From positions 1-47,690 of the forward strand of contig JBEBVQ010000001.1 in NCBI GenBank assembly GCA_040392625.1: a stretch of 47,690 bases of DNA, given 5' to 3'. Shown piece by piece: positions 34,136 to 44,562 of the stretch. The position numbers and the translations under genes are program-made. Numbering within the stretch: the stretch's first letter is position 1; each line of letters starts with the position of its first letter. The notes beneath the pieces are model-generated. The model ran no database searches, had not been told where the DNA came from, and saw only the letters and a program-made list of their open reading frames with translations. Source of the DNA: Taibaiella soli (GTDB lineage Bacteria; Bacteroidota; Bacteroidia; Chitinophagales; Chitinophagaceae).

Positions 34136-35080
34136 ATGAAGAAAATATTGTTCCTGACCGTGGCTTGCGCTGTCCTGGCGACAGGCGGCTTTGCCCAGTC
34201 AAAAAAGGATAAAAAGAAAAAAGACGGCGCTGCAAAAACAGAAGCCGGAGCCTCTCAGGTAGCGCCCTATTCCGTTACTGAAAACGGCCTTGAGTACAAG
34301 CTGCTGAAAGATGTGGCCGGTAAGACCGCAAACGTAGGTGACTTTATCGAGATGCATATCATCACCGGTATCGGCGACAGTGTGCTGTTCGATTCTTACC
34401 AGATGAATAATAATCAGCCGGTGCCCTTCCAGGTACAGCCTGCTGCATTTAAGGGAGATATCGGGGAAGCATTCACGATGATGTCTGCCGGCGACAGCGC
34501 TATATTCCGGGTTCCGGTGGATTCTATCCTTAAAACCGGCGCGCAGGCCCTGCCTTGGATGGAAGCGGGCAAGGACATGAAGATCAGCTATACGATACAT
34601 GTGCTCTCCGTAAAGACGCCCCAGCAGATGCAGGAAGATATGCAGCGCGAAATGGAAACGCAGAAAGGAACTGATGACAAGCTGCTGCAGGAATATTTTG
34701 CCGAAAACAAGATCAAGGCAGAAAAAACCGCTTCCGGTCTGTATTACACCATCTCCAAAAAAGGGACGGGGCCGTTGCCGTCTGCCGGTGACAGCATTTC
34801 TATGAATTATACCGGCAAGCTGCTAAACGGTGAAGCATTTGATTCGAATGTGGATCCTCAGTTCCAGCATGTACAGCCTTTCTGGTTCCTGCTGGGTATG
34901 CGCCAGGTGATCGCCGGATGGGACGAAGGCATCGCGCTCCTGCCCAAAGGCAGCAAGGCTACCCTGTACATTCCGTCGGGACTGGCTTACGGCCCGCAAA
35001 GCCCCGGCCCGCAGATACCGGCCAACTCCGTGCTTATATTTGATGTAGAGGTTGTGGATGTGAGAAAGGGAGGTCAGTAA
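34136..35080 (+). CDS. FKBP-type peptidyl-prolyl cis-trans isomerase (tandem paralog)
   Basis: Same two-domain layout as the preceding gene (MNYTGKLLNGEAFDSN..VIAGWDEG..LYIPSGLAYG). The MKKILF signal peptide starts at the second ATG. Confidence 0.88.
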   Translation: MKKILFLTVACAVLATGGFAQSKKDKKKKDGAAKTEAGASQVAPYSVTENGLEYKLLKDVAGKTANVGDFIEMHIITGIGDSVLFDSYQMNNNQPVPFQVQPAAFKGDIGEAFTMMSAGDSAIFRVPVDSILKTGAQALPWMEAGKDMKISYTIHVLSVKTPQQMQEDMQREMETQKGTDDKLLQEYFAENKIKAEKTASGLYYTISKKGTGPLPSAGDSISMNYTGKLLNGEAFDSNVDPQFQHVQPFWFLLGMRQVIAGWDEGIALLPKGSKATLYIPSGLAYGPQSPGPQIPANSVLIFDVEVVDVRKGGQ

Positions 35081-35102
35081 AGGAGTTGTCGAAAATGATC
35101 AG

Positions 35103-35134
35103 AAAAGCCATCTCCGGAAGCGGGATGGCTTTTT
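35103..35134 (+). terminator. intrinsic terminator after the second FKBP gene
   Basis: AAAAGCCATC..GATGGCTTTTT stem followed by T-rich sequence. Confidence 0.65.
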
Positions 35135-35255
35135 GCATAAATTTTTATAAATAGACGGATAGATTTGTCACCTGTCGGCGACACTGTATATCAGGAATAA
35201 ATACTTGTTCTAACCCTAATTCTTTTGCATTTTTACCCACTGAATATAAACACAT

Positions 35256-36203
35256 ATGGCTGAATCAGAAAACGAAAAAGTACACTGCCTGATCATCGGC
35301 TCCGGCCCCGCAGGTTATACGGCCGCTATATATGCGGCACGCGCCAATCTGAAACCCGTATTATACCAGGGCCTGCAACCGGGCGGGCAACTGACCATTA
35401 CCACTGACGTGGAAAATTACCCCGGATATCCCGATGGTGTTATGGGGCCTCAGATGATGATAGATTTCGAAAAGCAGGCACAGCGCATGGGCGCCGATGT
35501 ACGCTGGGGGCTTGCTACCAAAGTTGATTTTTCGAACCGCCCGTATAAAGTAGAGATCGACGAAGAAAAATGGATCGAAGCGGATAGCGTCATCATCGCT
35601 ACCGGCGCTTCTGCCAAATGGCTGAATATCGAGTCCGAACAGCGTCTGAACGGGCATGGCGTTTCCGCCTGTGCTGTGTGCGACGGCTTCTTTTTTAAGG
35701 ATAAAGAGGTGGCTATTGTAGGAGCAGGGGATACGGCCTGCGAGGAAGCGCTGTACCTTTCCAAGCTTTGCACGACCGTGCATATGATCGTCCGCAGGGA
35801 TGAGATGCGCGCCAGTAAAGTAATGCAGAACAGGGTGCTGAAAACGCCGAATATTAAAATTTACTGGAACTCGGAAACGGAAGAAGTGCTTGGGGGCGGG
35901 AAAGTGGAAGGGGTGCGTATAGGCAATAACCAAACCGGTGAAAAAACGGAGATCCCCGTGAACGCTTTTTTCGTGGCTATCGGGCACGAACCTAATTCAA
36001 AGCTGTTTAAAGGCTGGCTGGATATGGATGAGCAGGGCTATCTCATTACGCAGCCGGGCTCGTCCAAAACCAATATTGAAGGTGTATTCGCCTGCGGCGA
36101 TGTGCAGGACAAAATATACCGGCAGGCGGTTACCGCTGCGGGCAGCGGGTGTATGGCCGCCCTGGATGCGGAAAGATACCTCGGCAGCCTGGAACACGGG
36201 TAA
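35256..36203 (+). CDS. trxB: thioredoxin-disulfide reductase
   Basis: 315 aa with GSGPAGYTAAIYAAR, redox CAVCDG, GAGDTACEEA and FACGD. Confidence 0.93.
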   Translation: MAESENEKVHCLIIGSGPAGYTAAIYAARANLKPVLYQGLQPGGQLTITTDVENYPGYPDGVMGPQMMIDFEKQAQRMGADVRWGLATKVDFSNRPYKVEIDEEKWIEADSVIIATGASAKWLNIESEQRLNGHGVSACAVCDGFFFKDKEVAIVGAGDTACEEALYLSKLCTTVHMIVRRDEMRASKVMQNRVLKTPNIKIYWNSETEEVLGGGKVEGVRIGNNQTGEKTEIPVNAFFVAIGHEPNSKLFKGWLDMDEQGYLITQPGSSKTNIEGVFACGDVQDKIYRQAVTAAGSGCMAALDAERYLGSLEHG

Positions 36204-36256
36204 TGGTGCGCGGCAATAACTACTGCCGCACGCCATTACGCTACACTGAGACCATC

Positions 36257-36961
36257 ATGATCAGGTTGCTTGTAATGCTGATGCTTGTGACAGCGAACAT
36301 ACCCGACGTGGCTGGGCAGAGACGGCGCGCGTCCAATACAACTGTGACGACCGTTGACTCGCTGACGCGCATGGTGATTGTAGTGAACGAAAGCAGGAAC
36401 ACCAGGGATACGATCCTGAATGTTAAGGATACGGGCACGTATGTGCCGCTGCTGCCCCCGGAATCCCGGGAGGTATTGCCGTTCAGGGATGAGCAGGGCG
36501 CCGTTATCTATCATAATCTTCCGTACAACAATCCTGTTCTTTCCATACAGGTAAAGATGGTGCATAGTGTGGTGCGGAGTATAAATGAGCTAAAGATTTT
36601 TGTAACCTTCAGCAATAAATGGCCCCGCTCACAGAAGTTCCTTTTTGATCGTCCTTCAGCGCCGGGCTTTGCTTTGTGGGGCGCTTCGTGCCGCATCATC
36701 AGCGAGCAGCACGGCAATGTACTTGCCCGTGAGGGGAAACCGAGATATCAGACCAATGCTGCAGACTCCGTAACTATGCGCCGCCATCAGTATGTGCTGA
36801 AATCAAGCGAATGGATGATGAAACAGTTCTCTGTGGCCGATATGGTCGTACTGAACGAAAAGATTTGCAGGAACGGGAAACTCCCGCCCGGTGATTATAC
36901 CTTTCAGCTTATCTTCCAGGGAAACCGGTCGAATATTGTGAAGTTTACGGTGCGGAAATAA
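36257..36961 (+). CDS. hypothetical secreted protein
   Basis: ATG 36257 gives the signal-like N-terminus MIRLLVMLMLVTANIPDVAGQ. The longer ORF from 36149 overlaps trxB. I recognise no family. Confidence 0.5.
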   Translation: MIRLLVMLMLVTANIPDVAGQRRRASNTTVTTVDSLTRMVIVVNESRNTRDTILNVKDTGTYVPLLPPESREVLPFRDEQGAVIYHNLPYNNPVLSIQVKMVHSVVRSINELKIFVTFSNKWPRSQKFLFDRPSAPGFALWGASCRIISEQHGNVLAREGKPRYQTNAADSVTMRRHQYVLKSSEWMMKQFSVADMVVLNEKICRNGKLPPGDYTFQLIFQGNRSNIVKFTVRK

Positions 36962-36988
36962 TTTACATGCAGTATCAACTTGCAGACT

Positions 36989-37774
36989 TCATGCATATCG
37001 CCGTATCAGCCGCAGGTTGTGTGTGCGTTTCTTTTGTGTAATGCTGATAATGCCGCCTGTGTCTATCCGGTCCAGCACAACCCTGCCCGCGGTATCCGTG
37101 GCATGAATGATCTCGTTCGGATTCAGCAGGATGCCTACATGTGTGATCCGGCCCTCAGCATTGTCGAAGAAAGCCAGGTCGCCACATTGGCTGTCTTGCA
37201 GAAAATCTACGGGAGTTCCTGCCTCGGCCTGATCTTTGGCATCACGCGGCAGCTTCTTACCGCACAGCTTATAGACCATTTGGGTGAATCCGGAACAGTC
37301 GATCCCGGCCATGCTTCTGCCGCCCCATTGATAAGGTGCATGGAGGTATTTGAATGCCCAATGTGATACCTGCTCATCATTGAATATTGTCTTTTTGGAT
37401 GACAGTCGTTTCCCTTTGAATTTTCCATTGCCGCCGGGCAATTCGATCGTACTGCGTTTCATGCCGAACAAATCGGATCCCAGAGGCAGCCACATTTCCC
37501 CCCGGTCTGTGATCAGCCTGTTGTTGTTATGAGCGGATAGATAAGCGGTTGTTTTTCGGTATGATTTCAAAGGAATCAGTCGCAATTGTGCAGCCTTGCA
37601 CCATCCTTCGTAATCATCTGCCGCACACCGGATATGCATCCATCCCCCGTCAATAGCCGCCAGCACTTCTGCTTTTTCTCCAAACAGCAACTGGCTTACC
37701 TGCTCGGAGCGGTGTGCAGGCTCCGCCCGCAAAGGCATCACAGGTACATTACAACAGGCATAAGAAAGTATCAT
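36989..37774 (-). CDS. C40 (NlpC/P60) family peptidase with N-terminal SH3b-like domains
   Basis: Catalytic YQWGGRSMAGIDCSGF and HVGILL motifs. Start at MILSYACCNVPVMPLRAEP (37774) is typical of this family. The alternative start is 37816. Confidence 0.85.
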   Translation of the reverse strand: MILSYACCNVPVMPLRAEPAHRSEQVSQLLFGEKAEVLAAIDGGWMHIRCAADDYEGWCKAAQLRLIPLKSYRKTTAYLSAHNNNRLITDRGEMWLPLGSDLFGMKRSTIELPGGNGKFKGKRLSSKKTIFNDEQVSHWAFKYLHAPYQWGGRSMAGIDCSGFTQMVYKLCGKKLPRDAKDQAEAGTPVDFLQDSQCGDLAFFDNAEGRITHVGILLNPNEIIHATDTAGRVVLDRIDTGGIISITQKKRTHNLRLIRRYA

Positions 37775-37902
37775 TCTGGTTTGTTGTTTTGTTGGTAAGA
37801 AGATGCGTAATGACATGTTTTATGCGCATCTCAAATCAGTCGTAAAAATACACCTGAATACGATAGCAGCGCATATGCCGGTCATAAAAAACGGATGCTG
37901 CT

Positions 37903-38346
37903 TTATACAATCAGGAAATTCCGGTTCTTCAGCTTGCCGGTATCAAGGATTTGTGCCAGTTGTATATCCGGTATCCCGCGCAAGTGCTGCACGAGCTCCT
38001 GTGCTTTGCAGGCAGCGTTACTACCTTGCACCATCCAGATAAAATCCAATTGCTTCAGCTCGGGCAGCAGGTATTCCTCACGGCTCTTCAGCCGGTACAG
38101 GATGTAACGCTCATCACTGAGCGGCACACAATATTCATAACCCGGGAAGTAATAGGCGCCGGCGTCTGCTTTTACTATTGATTTGTCAATATCCGGCCGG
38201 CGTACAAAACGTATCCCGAAGCTCAGATTCAGCATCCTGCATAAGGAGGTGGCAGATAGCCTGCTTGCCAGTCCTACCAGTACCGTATCGGAGAAAAAGG
38301 CTTCCTGCACGGGCGCCATATCGAGTGTATGTTTCTTTACAGACAT
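37903..38346 (-). CDS. IPExxxVDY-family protein
   Basis: 147 aa. LPELKQLDFIWMV is a variant of the name-giving motif. Size and the FFSDTVLVGL N-terminal region fit this Bacteroidota-specific family as I recall it. Confidence 0.55.
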   Translation of the reverse strand: MSVKKHTLDMAPVQEAFFSDTVLVGLASRLSATSLCRMLNLSFGIRFVRRPDIDKSIVKADAGAYYFPGYEYCVPLSDERYILYRLKSREEYLLPELKQLDFIWMVQGSNAACKAQELVQHLRGIPDIQLAQILDTGKLKNRNFLIV

Positions 38347-38387
38347 TGCCGGCTGCGCTTCATAACTGCAAATTTCCTGAATATTCT

Positions 38388-38410
38388 TTAATTTGAAAAT
38401 TTGAAAATGT
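38388..38410 (+). repeat. family C repeat (TTAATTTGAAAATTTGAAAATG)
   Basis: Lies in the divergent region between the IPExxxVDY gene and gmhA. Confidence 0.6.
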
Positions 38411-38445
38411 AAAGAGCTTTACCGGCCCAATTCCCCGGCTTGTTG

Positions 38446-38453
38446 TATTTTTG
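38446..38453 (+). promoter_or_regulatory. -7 box TATTTTTG (gmhA-gmhB)
   Basis: Exact TAnnTTTG, 9 nt before ATG 38463. Confidence 0.45.
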
Positions 38454-38462
38454 GCACTAACC

Positions 38463-39062
38463 ATGACTATGCAACAGAAAATACGCGCCATATTCCAGGC
38501 GTCCATAGACGTCAAGCAGCAGGTGATGCAGGACCCTGTGCTGCTGAAAACCATAGACGATATAACCCATGTGCTTGTTGCCGCATTCCGGCAGGGCAAT
38601 AAAGTGTTGTTTTGCGGAAATGGCGGCAGCGCAGCGGATGCACAGCATCTGGCGGCGGAGTTCAGCGGCCGTTTTTATACGGATCGCAATCCGCTCCCGT
38701 CTGATGCGCTTCATTGCAACACCAGCTATCTGACCGCCGTGGCCAATGATTATGGCTATGATGTCGTGTACAGCCGGATGATCAAAGGCATCGGGAGGCC
38801 GGGAGATGTGCTCGTGGGGCTAAGCACTTCAGGCAATTCGGTCAATATCATCAAAGCGCTGGAGCAGGCCCGCGCGCTGGGTATGACCACCGTAGGGTTT
38901 ACCGGCCATACCGGCGGCAGCATGAAAGCATATTGTGATCACCTGGTCAATATACCAAGCGCCGACACGCCCCGTATCCAGGAAGGGCATATCACAACCG
39001 GCCATATTATCTGCCAGCTGGTAGAAGAATATCTTTTTTCAGACAACGACAAACAAGCATGA
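38463..39062 (+). CDS. gmhA: D-sedoheptulose-7-phosphate isomerase (SIS domain)
   Basis: Collinear with E. coli GmhA (KVLFCGNGGSAADAQHLAAEF, GDVLVGLSTSGNSVNIIKA, RIQEGHI). Confidence 0.85.
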   Translation: MTMQQKIRAIFQASIDVKQQVMQDPVLLKTIDDITHVLVAAFRQGNKVLFCGNGGSAADAQHLAAEFSGRFYTDRNPLPSDALHCNTSYLTAVANDYGYDVVYSRMIKGIGRPGDVLVGLSTSGNSVNIIKALEQARALGMTTVGFTGHTGGSMKAYCDHLVNIPSADTPRIQEGHITTGHIICQLVEEYLFSDNDKQA

Positions 39063-39640
39063 CTAAATCTATTAGCCGGCAGCAGATCGATAACAACTGG
39101 ACACTTTTCCTGGATCGTGACGGTGTGATCAATGAGGAAATTACCGGCTCGTACATAACACGGTGGGAGGATTTTGTATTTTCCTCCGGCGCCCGGGAAG
39201 CGCTTGCTTTATTCAGCTCCCTGTTTGGCCGCATCATTGTAGTAACCAACCAGCGTGGCGTAGGGCGTGGTATCATGAGCATGGACAGCCTGAAAGAGAT
39301 CAACCGGAATATGACATATGCCATCCGGCAGGAAGGTGGCCGGCTGGATCGTATCTATGCCTGCACAGCTATCTCAGACGATGATCATAACCGGAAGCCC
39401 AACACGGGTATGGCGATGCAGGCCAAAGAAGATTTCCCGGGAATTGACTTCCGGAAGAGCATTATGGTGGGCAACAGCCCCGGCGATATGGAGTTCGGGA
39501 AGCGCCTCTCCATGTACACTGTTTTTCTTACCACCACACATCCTCCCTATACATTGCCTCATGATCTTGTTGATGAGCAGTATGATTCTCTGCTTGCATG
39601 GGCCAATGTGCTGACGGGAGCGTTATCCGGCATTAATTAA
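39059..39640 (+). CDS. gmhB: HAD-IIIA hydrolase, D,D-heptose 1,7-bisphosphate phosphatase-like
   Basis: LFLDRDGVIN, VVTNQRGVGRG, NRKPNTGM and VGNSPGDMEFG motifs. Its ATG overlaps the gmhA stop (ATGA at 39059-39062). Confidence 0.7.
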   Translation: MTKSISRQQIDNNWTLFLDRDGVINEEITGSYITRWEDFVFSSGAREALALFSSLFGRIIVVTNQRGVGRGIMSMDSLKEINRNMTYAIRQEGGRLDRIYACTAISDDDHNRKPNTGMAMQAKEDFPGIDFRKSIMVGNSPGDMEFGKRLSMYTVFLTTTHPPYTLPHDLVDEQYDSLLAWANVLTGALSGIN

Positions 39641-39651
39641 ACGCCTGCCGC

Positions 39652-40977
39652 TCAGTTGGGTATTGCCAATGTGATATAAAAAGTAGTGCCTTTATCTGAT
39701 GACGCTGCGCGGATTGTTCCGCCCTGCATTTCAATGTATTCCTTACACAGGATCAGGCCCAAACCAACTCCTTTTTCATTCTGCGTCCCGAAGCTGGCCT
39801 CGTTCTTAAGGGTAAAGAGGTGCTCCATTTTTTCAGGACTGATCCCGACCCCGGTATCGGATACGGAAAGCGTGCAAGCGCCTGCAGCAGAGACGGCATG
39901 TACCAGTATTTTACCGCCGGGGTGTGTGAATTTGATCGCATTATTCAACAGGTTCCGGAACACTACACCCAGCATATCCGGGTCTGCGATTACCTTTTGC
40001 TCCGGCTCTATAGTATATTCCAGGGTAATGCCCTTCTTGGCTGCGATGGTTTTTCCCACATTCAGTACATTCCGCAGCGCATCATTCAGGCGTACTTCCC
40101 GCATCTGCACCGAAGCGCCGTTCATTTGTTTATTAGCCCAGAGCAGCATATTGGAGAGCATATCAGAAGTATGCTGGGTGAGATCTAATAAAGACCGGTT
40201 AAATATTTCCTTTTCCTCTTCCCGGAGCGCCTGCATATTGATCAACTCAAGATAGCTCTGGATAGAATCTATCGGGCTCCGCAGATCATGTGCAATGATG
40301 GAGAATATCCTGTTCTTCTCCTGGTTGATCTGCTGCAGCTCCTTATTCTTCTTTTCGATGGATTTCAGCCGGTGCACAGCCAGCCGATGCTCGCGGAGGT
40401 AGTTGTTCCGCAGGTAGCGTATCATAAAGTAGATAAAGCATATAGTGACTACATAGGTCGAGATAAGGTCTATATACCTTTCATTGACCGATTTGTAGGT
40501 CTGCCGGACCATTTCGGGCATTACCTGCTCCGTTACAAGCAGTGACTGGGCCATTGTAATATGCGTAACCACAACGATCCAGTGATGCCTGGGCGCAGTC
40601 AGGACAATCAGCAGCATAAACGTAAGGAAGAAAAGAGGCAGGACAGGGCCGTTGCTGCCATTATCTAAAAAAAAGGATAACGTCAGCGTTGCATAGGTGG
40701 CTATAATATAAGCAATGATACCGGGGGTGTGTATCCGGCGGCGCCGGGAGAGGTAATAAAAAAAGGCCTGGAGTATAAGAAGGGCCGCAATAATAATAGA
40801 GCTGCTGATAAGACCGATCCACAGATTGAACGGCAGCAGCAGCAGCAGAATGATAAATGAGAATACCGATATGGCGTGAAATGACCGGACTTCTATGGGA
40901 AATTCCGAAGGAAAGCCGATAAGCTTTAGCCATTGCTTATTCAACTTCCGGATATGCATATTGATAAACTGTGACAT
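39652..40977 (-). CDS. membrane sensor histidine kinase (no cognate response regulator in the window)
   Basis: 441 aa with ~6 TM helices, a coiled coil, the H-box FSIIAHDLRSP, and HATPase_c N/G boxes (LLNNAIKFT, DTGVGI, GLGLILC). Confidence 0.85.
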   Translation of the reverse strand: MSQFINMHIRKLNKQWLKLIGFPSEFPIEVRSFHAISVFSFIILLLLLPFNLWIGLISSSIIIAALLILQAFFYYLSRRRRIHTPGIIAYIIATYATLTLSFFLDNGSNGPVLPLFFLTFMLLIVLTAPRHHWIVVVTHITMAQSLLVTEQVMPEMVRQTYKSVNERYIDLISTYVVTICFIYFMIRYLRNNYLREHRLAVHRLKSIEKKNKELQQINQEKNRIFSIIAHDLRSPIDSIQSYLELINMQALREEEKEIFNRSLLDLTQHTSDMLSNMLLWANKQMNGASVQMREVRLNDALRNVLNVGKTIAAKKGITLEYTIEPEQKVIADPDMLGVVFRNLLNNAIKFTHPGGKILVHAVSAAGACTLSVSDTGVGISPEKMEHLFTLKNEASFGTQNEKGVGLGLILCKEYIEMQGGTIRAASSDKGTTFYITLAIPN

Positions 40978-41010
40978 TAATTTTAAATGACCAAATGGTT
41001 AATTATGCTG

Positions 41011-41769
41011 TTACCCATCAGCGCTCTTACGCTTCCTTGCAGACCTGAGATTCAGGTATTCTACCAGTACTGAAAATGCCATGGCAAAATAGATATAGCC
41101 TTTGGGTATGTGCTGGTCAAAAGCTTCCGCAGTCAATGATACGCCGATCAACAGTAAAAAGGACAATGCCAGCATTTTGACTGTGGGGTGCTTATTGACG
41201 AAATTACTGATTGCACCCGCGGATGCCATCATAACGATCACTGCAATAATTACGGCAGCGATCATAACCCCGATATAGTTGGACATACCGACTGCGGTGA
41301 TCACCGAGTCGAGCGAGAATACGATATCCAGCAGCAATATCTGGAAGATCACTTTCCCGAATGTCAGTTTTTTTGCGCCCGTACTGTATTCATGATCCGA
41401 TCCTTCAATGCGGCTGTGGATTTCCGTAGTGCTTTTGTAGATCAGGAATAATCCGCCCAGCAGCAGTATGAGGTCGCGCCCGGAGATGGTCAGCTTCCCC
41501 TGCCATGTAATATGGGAGATGTCAAACCAGTCGGCGATGTTGAATAACGGCGCTGTTAAAGACATAATCCAGCTCAGGGAGAGCAGCAGCAGCACACGGG
41601 TGATCAATGCCAGGCCCAAGCCCACCTGCCGTGCTTTTTTCTGCTGATGCTGCGGTAGCTTATTGCTCAATATGGAGATAAACACGATATTGTCGATCCC
41701 CAGAACAATCTCAAGCACGGTAAGCGTCAGTAATGATACCCAGATTTCAGGGTTAGCAATCCATTCCAT
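41011..41769 (-). CDS. TerC-family integral membrane protein
   Basis: MEWIANPEIWVSLLTLTVLEIVLGIDNIVFISI and the second repeat LLDIVFSLDSVITAVGM are typical of TerC/YjbE-like proteins. ATG 41769 preferred over 41820. Confidence 0.8.
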   Translation of the reverse strand: MEWIANPEIWVSLLTLTVLEIVLGIDNIVFISILSNKLPQHQQKKARQVGLGLALITRVLLLLSLSWIMSLTAPLFNIADWFDISHITWQGKLTISGRDLILLLGGLFLIYKSTTEIHSRIEGSDHEYSTGAKKLTFGKVIFQILLLDIVFSLDSVITAVGMSNYIGVMIAAVIIAVIVMMASAGAISNFVNKHPTVKMLALSFLLLIGVSLTAEAFDQHIPKGYIYFAMAFSVLVEYLNLRSARKRKSADG

Positions 41770-41942
41770 AATATAACGAAGTTGCGAAATTAAATAATAA
41801 TATGATACAGCGGTTTGCAATTTGTGTACAGGAACGCGCGTAATGAACCTTTTGTTGCCGGATTATTTAATTTGCGGCCGAAATCCGTACCCAATCCGGA
41901 AAAACCAGACTGCTGCATTCTGTCAACCGATAATAAATATAC

Positions 41943-43013
41943 ATGAAGATCCTGTTCCTCCTGCCGTATCCCATAGGCAAAGCTCCGTCGCAGCGTTTCC
42001 GTGTTGAGAATCTGTTGCCGCTGCTGGATGAAGCGGATATCAGCTATACATTGCGTCCTTTTATGGATCGGGCTACATGGCAGGTGTTATATAAAGGTGG
42101 GTCGTTACCGCAAAAAATGTGGGGGATCTGCCGGGGTCTTCTGGGCCGGTTAAAGACCATATTATCAGAAGCATACGCACACGATTATATTTTTGTACAC
42201 CGCGAAGCAGCTCCGCTGGGGCCGCCGGTATTTGAATGGATGCTTAAAAAGATCTTCAGGAAGAAAATTATTTTCGATTTCGATGACGCCGTCTGGATAC
42301 CCAATACTTCTGCCGGTAATAAAATAGCGGCTGCATTTAAATCCCACTGGAAAACAAAGTATATCTGCAGGTGGTCGTACCGGGTATCTGCGGGAAATGA
42401 CTTTCTTCGCAGGTATGCCGTACAGTCGGGCGCTGCATCTGTGGCGAGGATACCCACTGTAGTGGATATGGAGCGGCGGTATAACCGGGTTAAAAAACAC
42501 AGGGCAGGAAAAGTCACCGTCGGATGGACCGGCAGTCATTCCACCCTTAAATACCTGCAGGAACTGGTCCCGGTAATTGAAACTTTACAGCAGGAGCTGG
42601 ACTGCACCTTCCTGGTCATCGCGGATAAAAAACCGGAATTGCCGCTGAATGACTGGCAATTTATACCCTGGGATCCTGATACGGAGATCGAAGATCTGCT
42701 CCGTATGGATATCGGTGTAATGCCGCTGACTACCGATCCCTGGAGTGAGGGGAAGTGCGGGTTCAAGCTGATCCAGTACCTTTCGCTGGGCATCCCTGCG
42801 GTGGCAAGTCCTGTTGGTGTAAATAAAGATATCATTGAGCATGGCGTAAACGGATACCTGGCAGACGGCCGTGAGGAATGGCTGTTGGCGCTCCGGCGCC
42901 TGGTCGTGGATGCGGATCATCGTAAAGCAGCAGGCGCTGCCGGTCATGAAAAGATGATCCGGGAATATAGCGTAGCTTCACTCAAAACGTCTTTCTTATC
43001 GCTTTTCAAATAA
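41943..43013 (+). CDS. GT-B fold glycosyltransferase (group 1 / GT4-like)
   Basis: 356 aa. The C-terminal EGKCGFKLIQYLSLGIPAVASPVGVNKDIIEHGVNGYL resembles the E-x7-E region of group 1 glycosyltransferases. Confidence 0.7.
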   Translation: MKILFLLPYPIGKAPSQRFRVENLLPLLDEADISYTLRPFMDRATWQVLYKGGSLPQKMWGICRGLLGRLKTILSEAYAHDYIFVHREAAPLGPPVFEWMLKKIFRKKIIFDFDDAVWIPNTSAGNKIAAAFKSHWKTKYICRWSYRVSAGNDFLRRYAVQSGAASVARIPTVVDMERRYNRVKKHRAGKVTVGWTGSHSTLKYLQELVPVIETLQQELDCTFLVIADKKPELPLNDWQFIPWDPDTEIEDLLRMDIGVMPLTTDPWSEGKCGFKLIQYLSLGIPAVASPVGVNKDIIEHGVNGYLADGREEWLLALRRLVVDADHRKAAGAAGHEKMIREYSVASLKTSFLSLFK

Positions 43014-43033
43014 GATCAACCGGCGCCCGGTTT

Positions 43034-44134
43034 ATGGCAAATACAGAACATACACTTCCCGGTCAGGCGCAGCGGCAGTTATTTACCCGCAATCTGATGC
43101 GCTGGCACCGGCATCACAATGACCGCAGCTTGCCTTGGAAAGAAGAAAAAGATCCTTACCGGATCTGGCTTTCGGAGGTGATATTACAGCAGACACGGGC
43201 TCAGCAGGCTATTCCCTATTACCTGAAATTCCTGGAAGCTTTTCCCAATATCGGTGCACTGGCGGCAGCGGAAGACCAGGTTGTCTTTCGTCTCTGGCAG
43301 GGGCTTGGCTATTATAACCGTTGCCGGAATATGCTGGCCACGGCGCGGTATATCATGGAGGCATACAACGGCAGCTTCCCCGGTTCATACGACGATCTGC
43401 TGCAGCTTAAAGGAGTCGGTCCTTACACCGCCGCGGCCATCAGTTCGTTCGCATTCGGGTTGCCGCATGCCGTTGTGGATGGAAATGTATATCGCGTCCT
43501 GGCGCGTTACTTCGGCATCGAGACGCCATCCGACAGTACGGAAGGGAAAAGGCAGTTTGCCACGCTCGCTGACGCGCTGCTTGATAAGCGCAGCAGCGGC
43601 GCCTACAATCAGGCCATTATGGATCTGGGGGCCACTGTGTGTACGCCATTGGCTGCGAAGTGTACTGTATGTCCTTTGCACAAACATTGTTTTGCATTCC
43701 GGCAAGATGCAGTTGATCTGTTTCCGGTGCGGAGCAAAAAGCAAACGGTGAAGAAGCGTTACTTCCATTATCTGTTATTACAGACGGGACGCCATATCTG
43801 GATCCGTAAGCGTCGGGAAAAAGACATATGGCAAGACCTGCATGAGCCGTACCTGATCGAGATGCCGTATGCGCTCGATGAGGAAGCTGTGCGTGGTACA
43901 AAGGCTTATCAGCAATTGCAGTTGCCCGGGGCCATATCACCTGTGTATGAAGATCTGCTGACACAACGACTAACGCATCAGCTTATTGAAGCCCGCTTTT
44001 TTGTGGTGCGGCTGCAGCATAAAAATGATATTAAGATTCCTGCCGACGGTGCCTGGGTAACCCCTGCTGCCTTGAAAAAAATGGCATTTCCCAAAACCCT
44101 TGTATCTTTTTTTGAAAAAAAATTATACTTTTAG
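43034..44134 (+). CDS. mutY: A/G-specific adenine DNA glycosylase
   Basis: HhH-GPD (LKGVGPYTAAAISSFAFG), Fe-S loop CTPLAAKCTVCPLHKHC and a C-terminal NUDIX-like domain. Confidence 0.9.
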   Translation: MANTEHTLPGQAQRQLFTRNLMRWHRHHNDRSLPWKEEKDPYRIWLSEVILQQTRAQQAIPYYLKFLEAFPNIGALAAAEDQVVFRLWQGLGYYNRCRNMLATARYIMEAYNGSFPGSYDDLLQLKGVGPYTAAAISSFAFGLPHAVVDGNVYRVLARYFGIETPSDSTEGKRQFATLADALLDKRSSGAYNQAIMDLGATVCTPLAAKCTVCPLHKHCFAFRQDAVDLFPVRSKKQTVKKRYFHYLLLQTGRHIWIRKRREKDIWQDLHEPYLIEMPYALDEEAVRGTKAYQQLQLPGAISPVYEDLLTQRLTHQLIEARFFVVRLQHKNDIKIPADGAWVTPAALKKMAFPKTLVSFFEKKLYF

Positions 44135-44179
44135 AAACGCATGTGATGAATAATTTATTTTTAGAAAAAACAATGTGGC

Positions 44180-44554
44180 ATGAAAGGTGTAAACAGGGTA
44201 ATGCTGATCGGAAATCTGGGTAAGGATCCTGATGTCCAGTTTCTGGAAGGAAATATTACTGTTGTGCGTTTCCCGCTGGCTACGACGGAAACATTCAGGG
44301 ATAAGAACGGCGTATCTTCATCCCAGACAGACTGGCATACCGTAGTGCTGTGGCGCGGACTGGCAGAGCTTGCCCGGAAATATCTCCATAAAGGAAGCCT
44401 CATCTTTGTGGAAGGGCGGCTCCGGACCCGTAGCTGGGAAGATAAGGACAATATCCGCCGTTTCACAACAGAAGTGATCGGAGATAATTTTGTGATGCTC
44501 GACCGGCGTAAGGACCATACGACCGAAGAAGAGGACAGTTTATCGCCGGAATAA
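44180..44554 (+). CDS. ssb: single-stranded DNA-binding protein (short form)
   Basis: MKGVNRVMLIGNLGKDPDV...TDWHTVVLWRGLAE.A.KYLHKGSLIFVEGRLRTRSWEDK OB-fold signature. Confidence 0.9.
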   Translation: MKGVNRVMLIGNLGKDPDVQFLEGNITVVRFPLATTETFRDKNGVSSSQTDWHTVVLWRGLAELARKYLHKGSLIFVEGRLRTRSWEDKDNIRRFTTEVIGDNFVMLDRRKDHTTEEEDSLSPE

Positions 44555-44562
44555 TCTTAATT

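Noticed and set aside
41770-41942. yybP-ykoY (Mn2+) riboswitch upstream of the TerC-family gene
   Set aside because: I read the minus strand of the 173-nt leader. It lacks the conserved GGGGAGUAG and AGCAAGAC-type blocks. Only a weak GUUGACA match is present.
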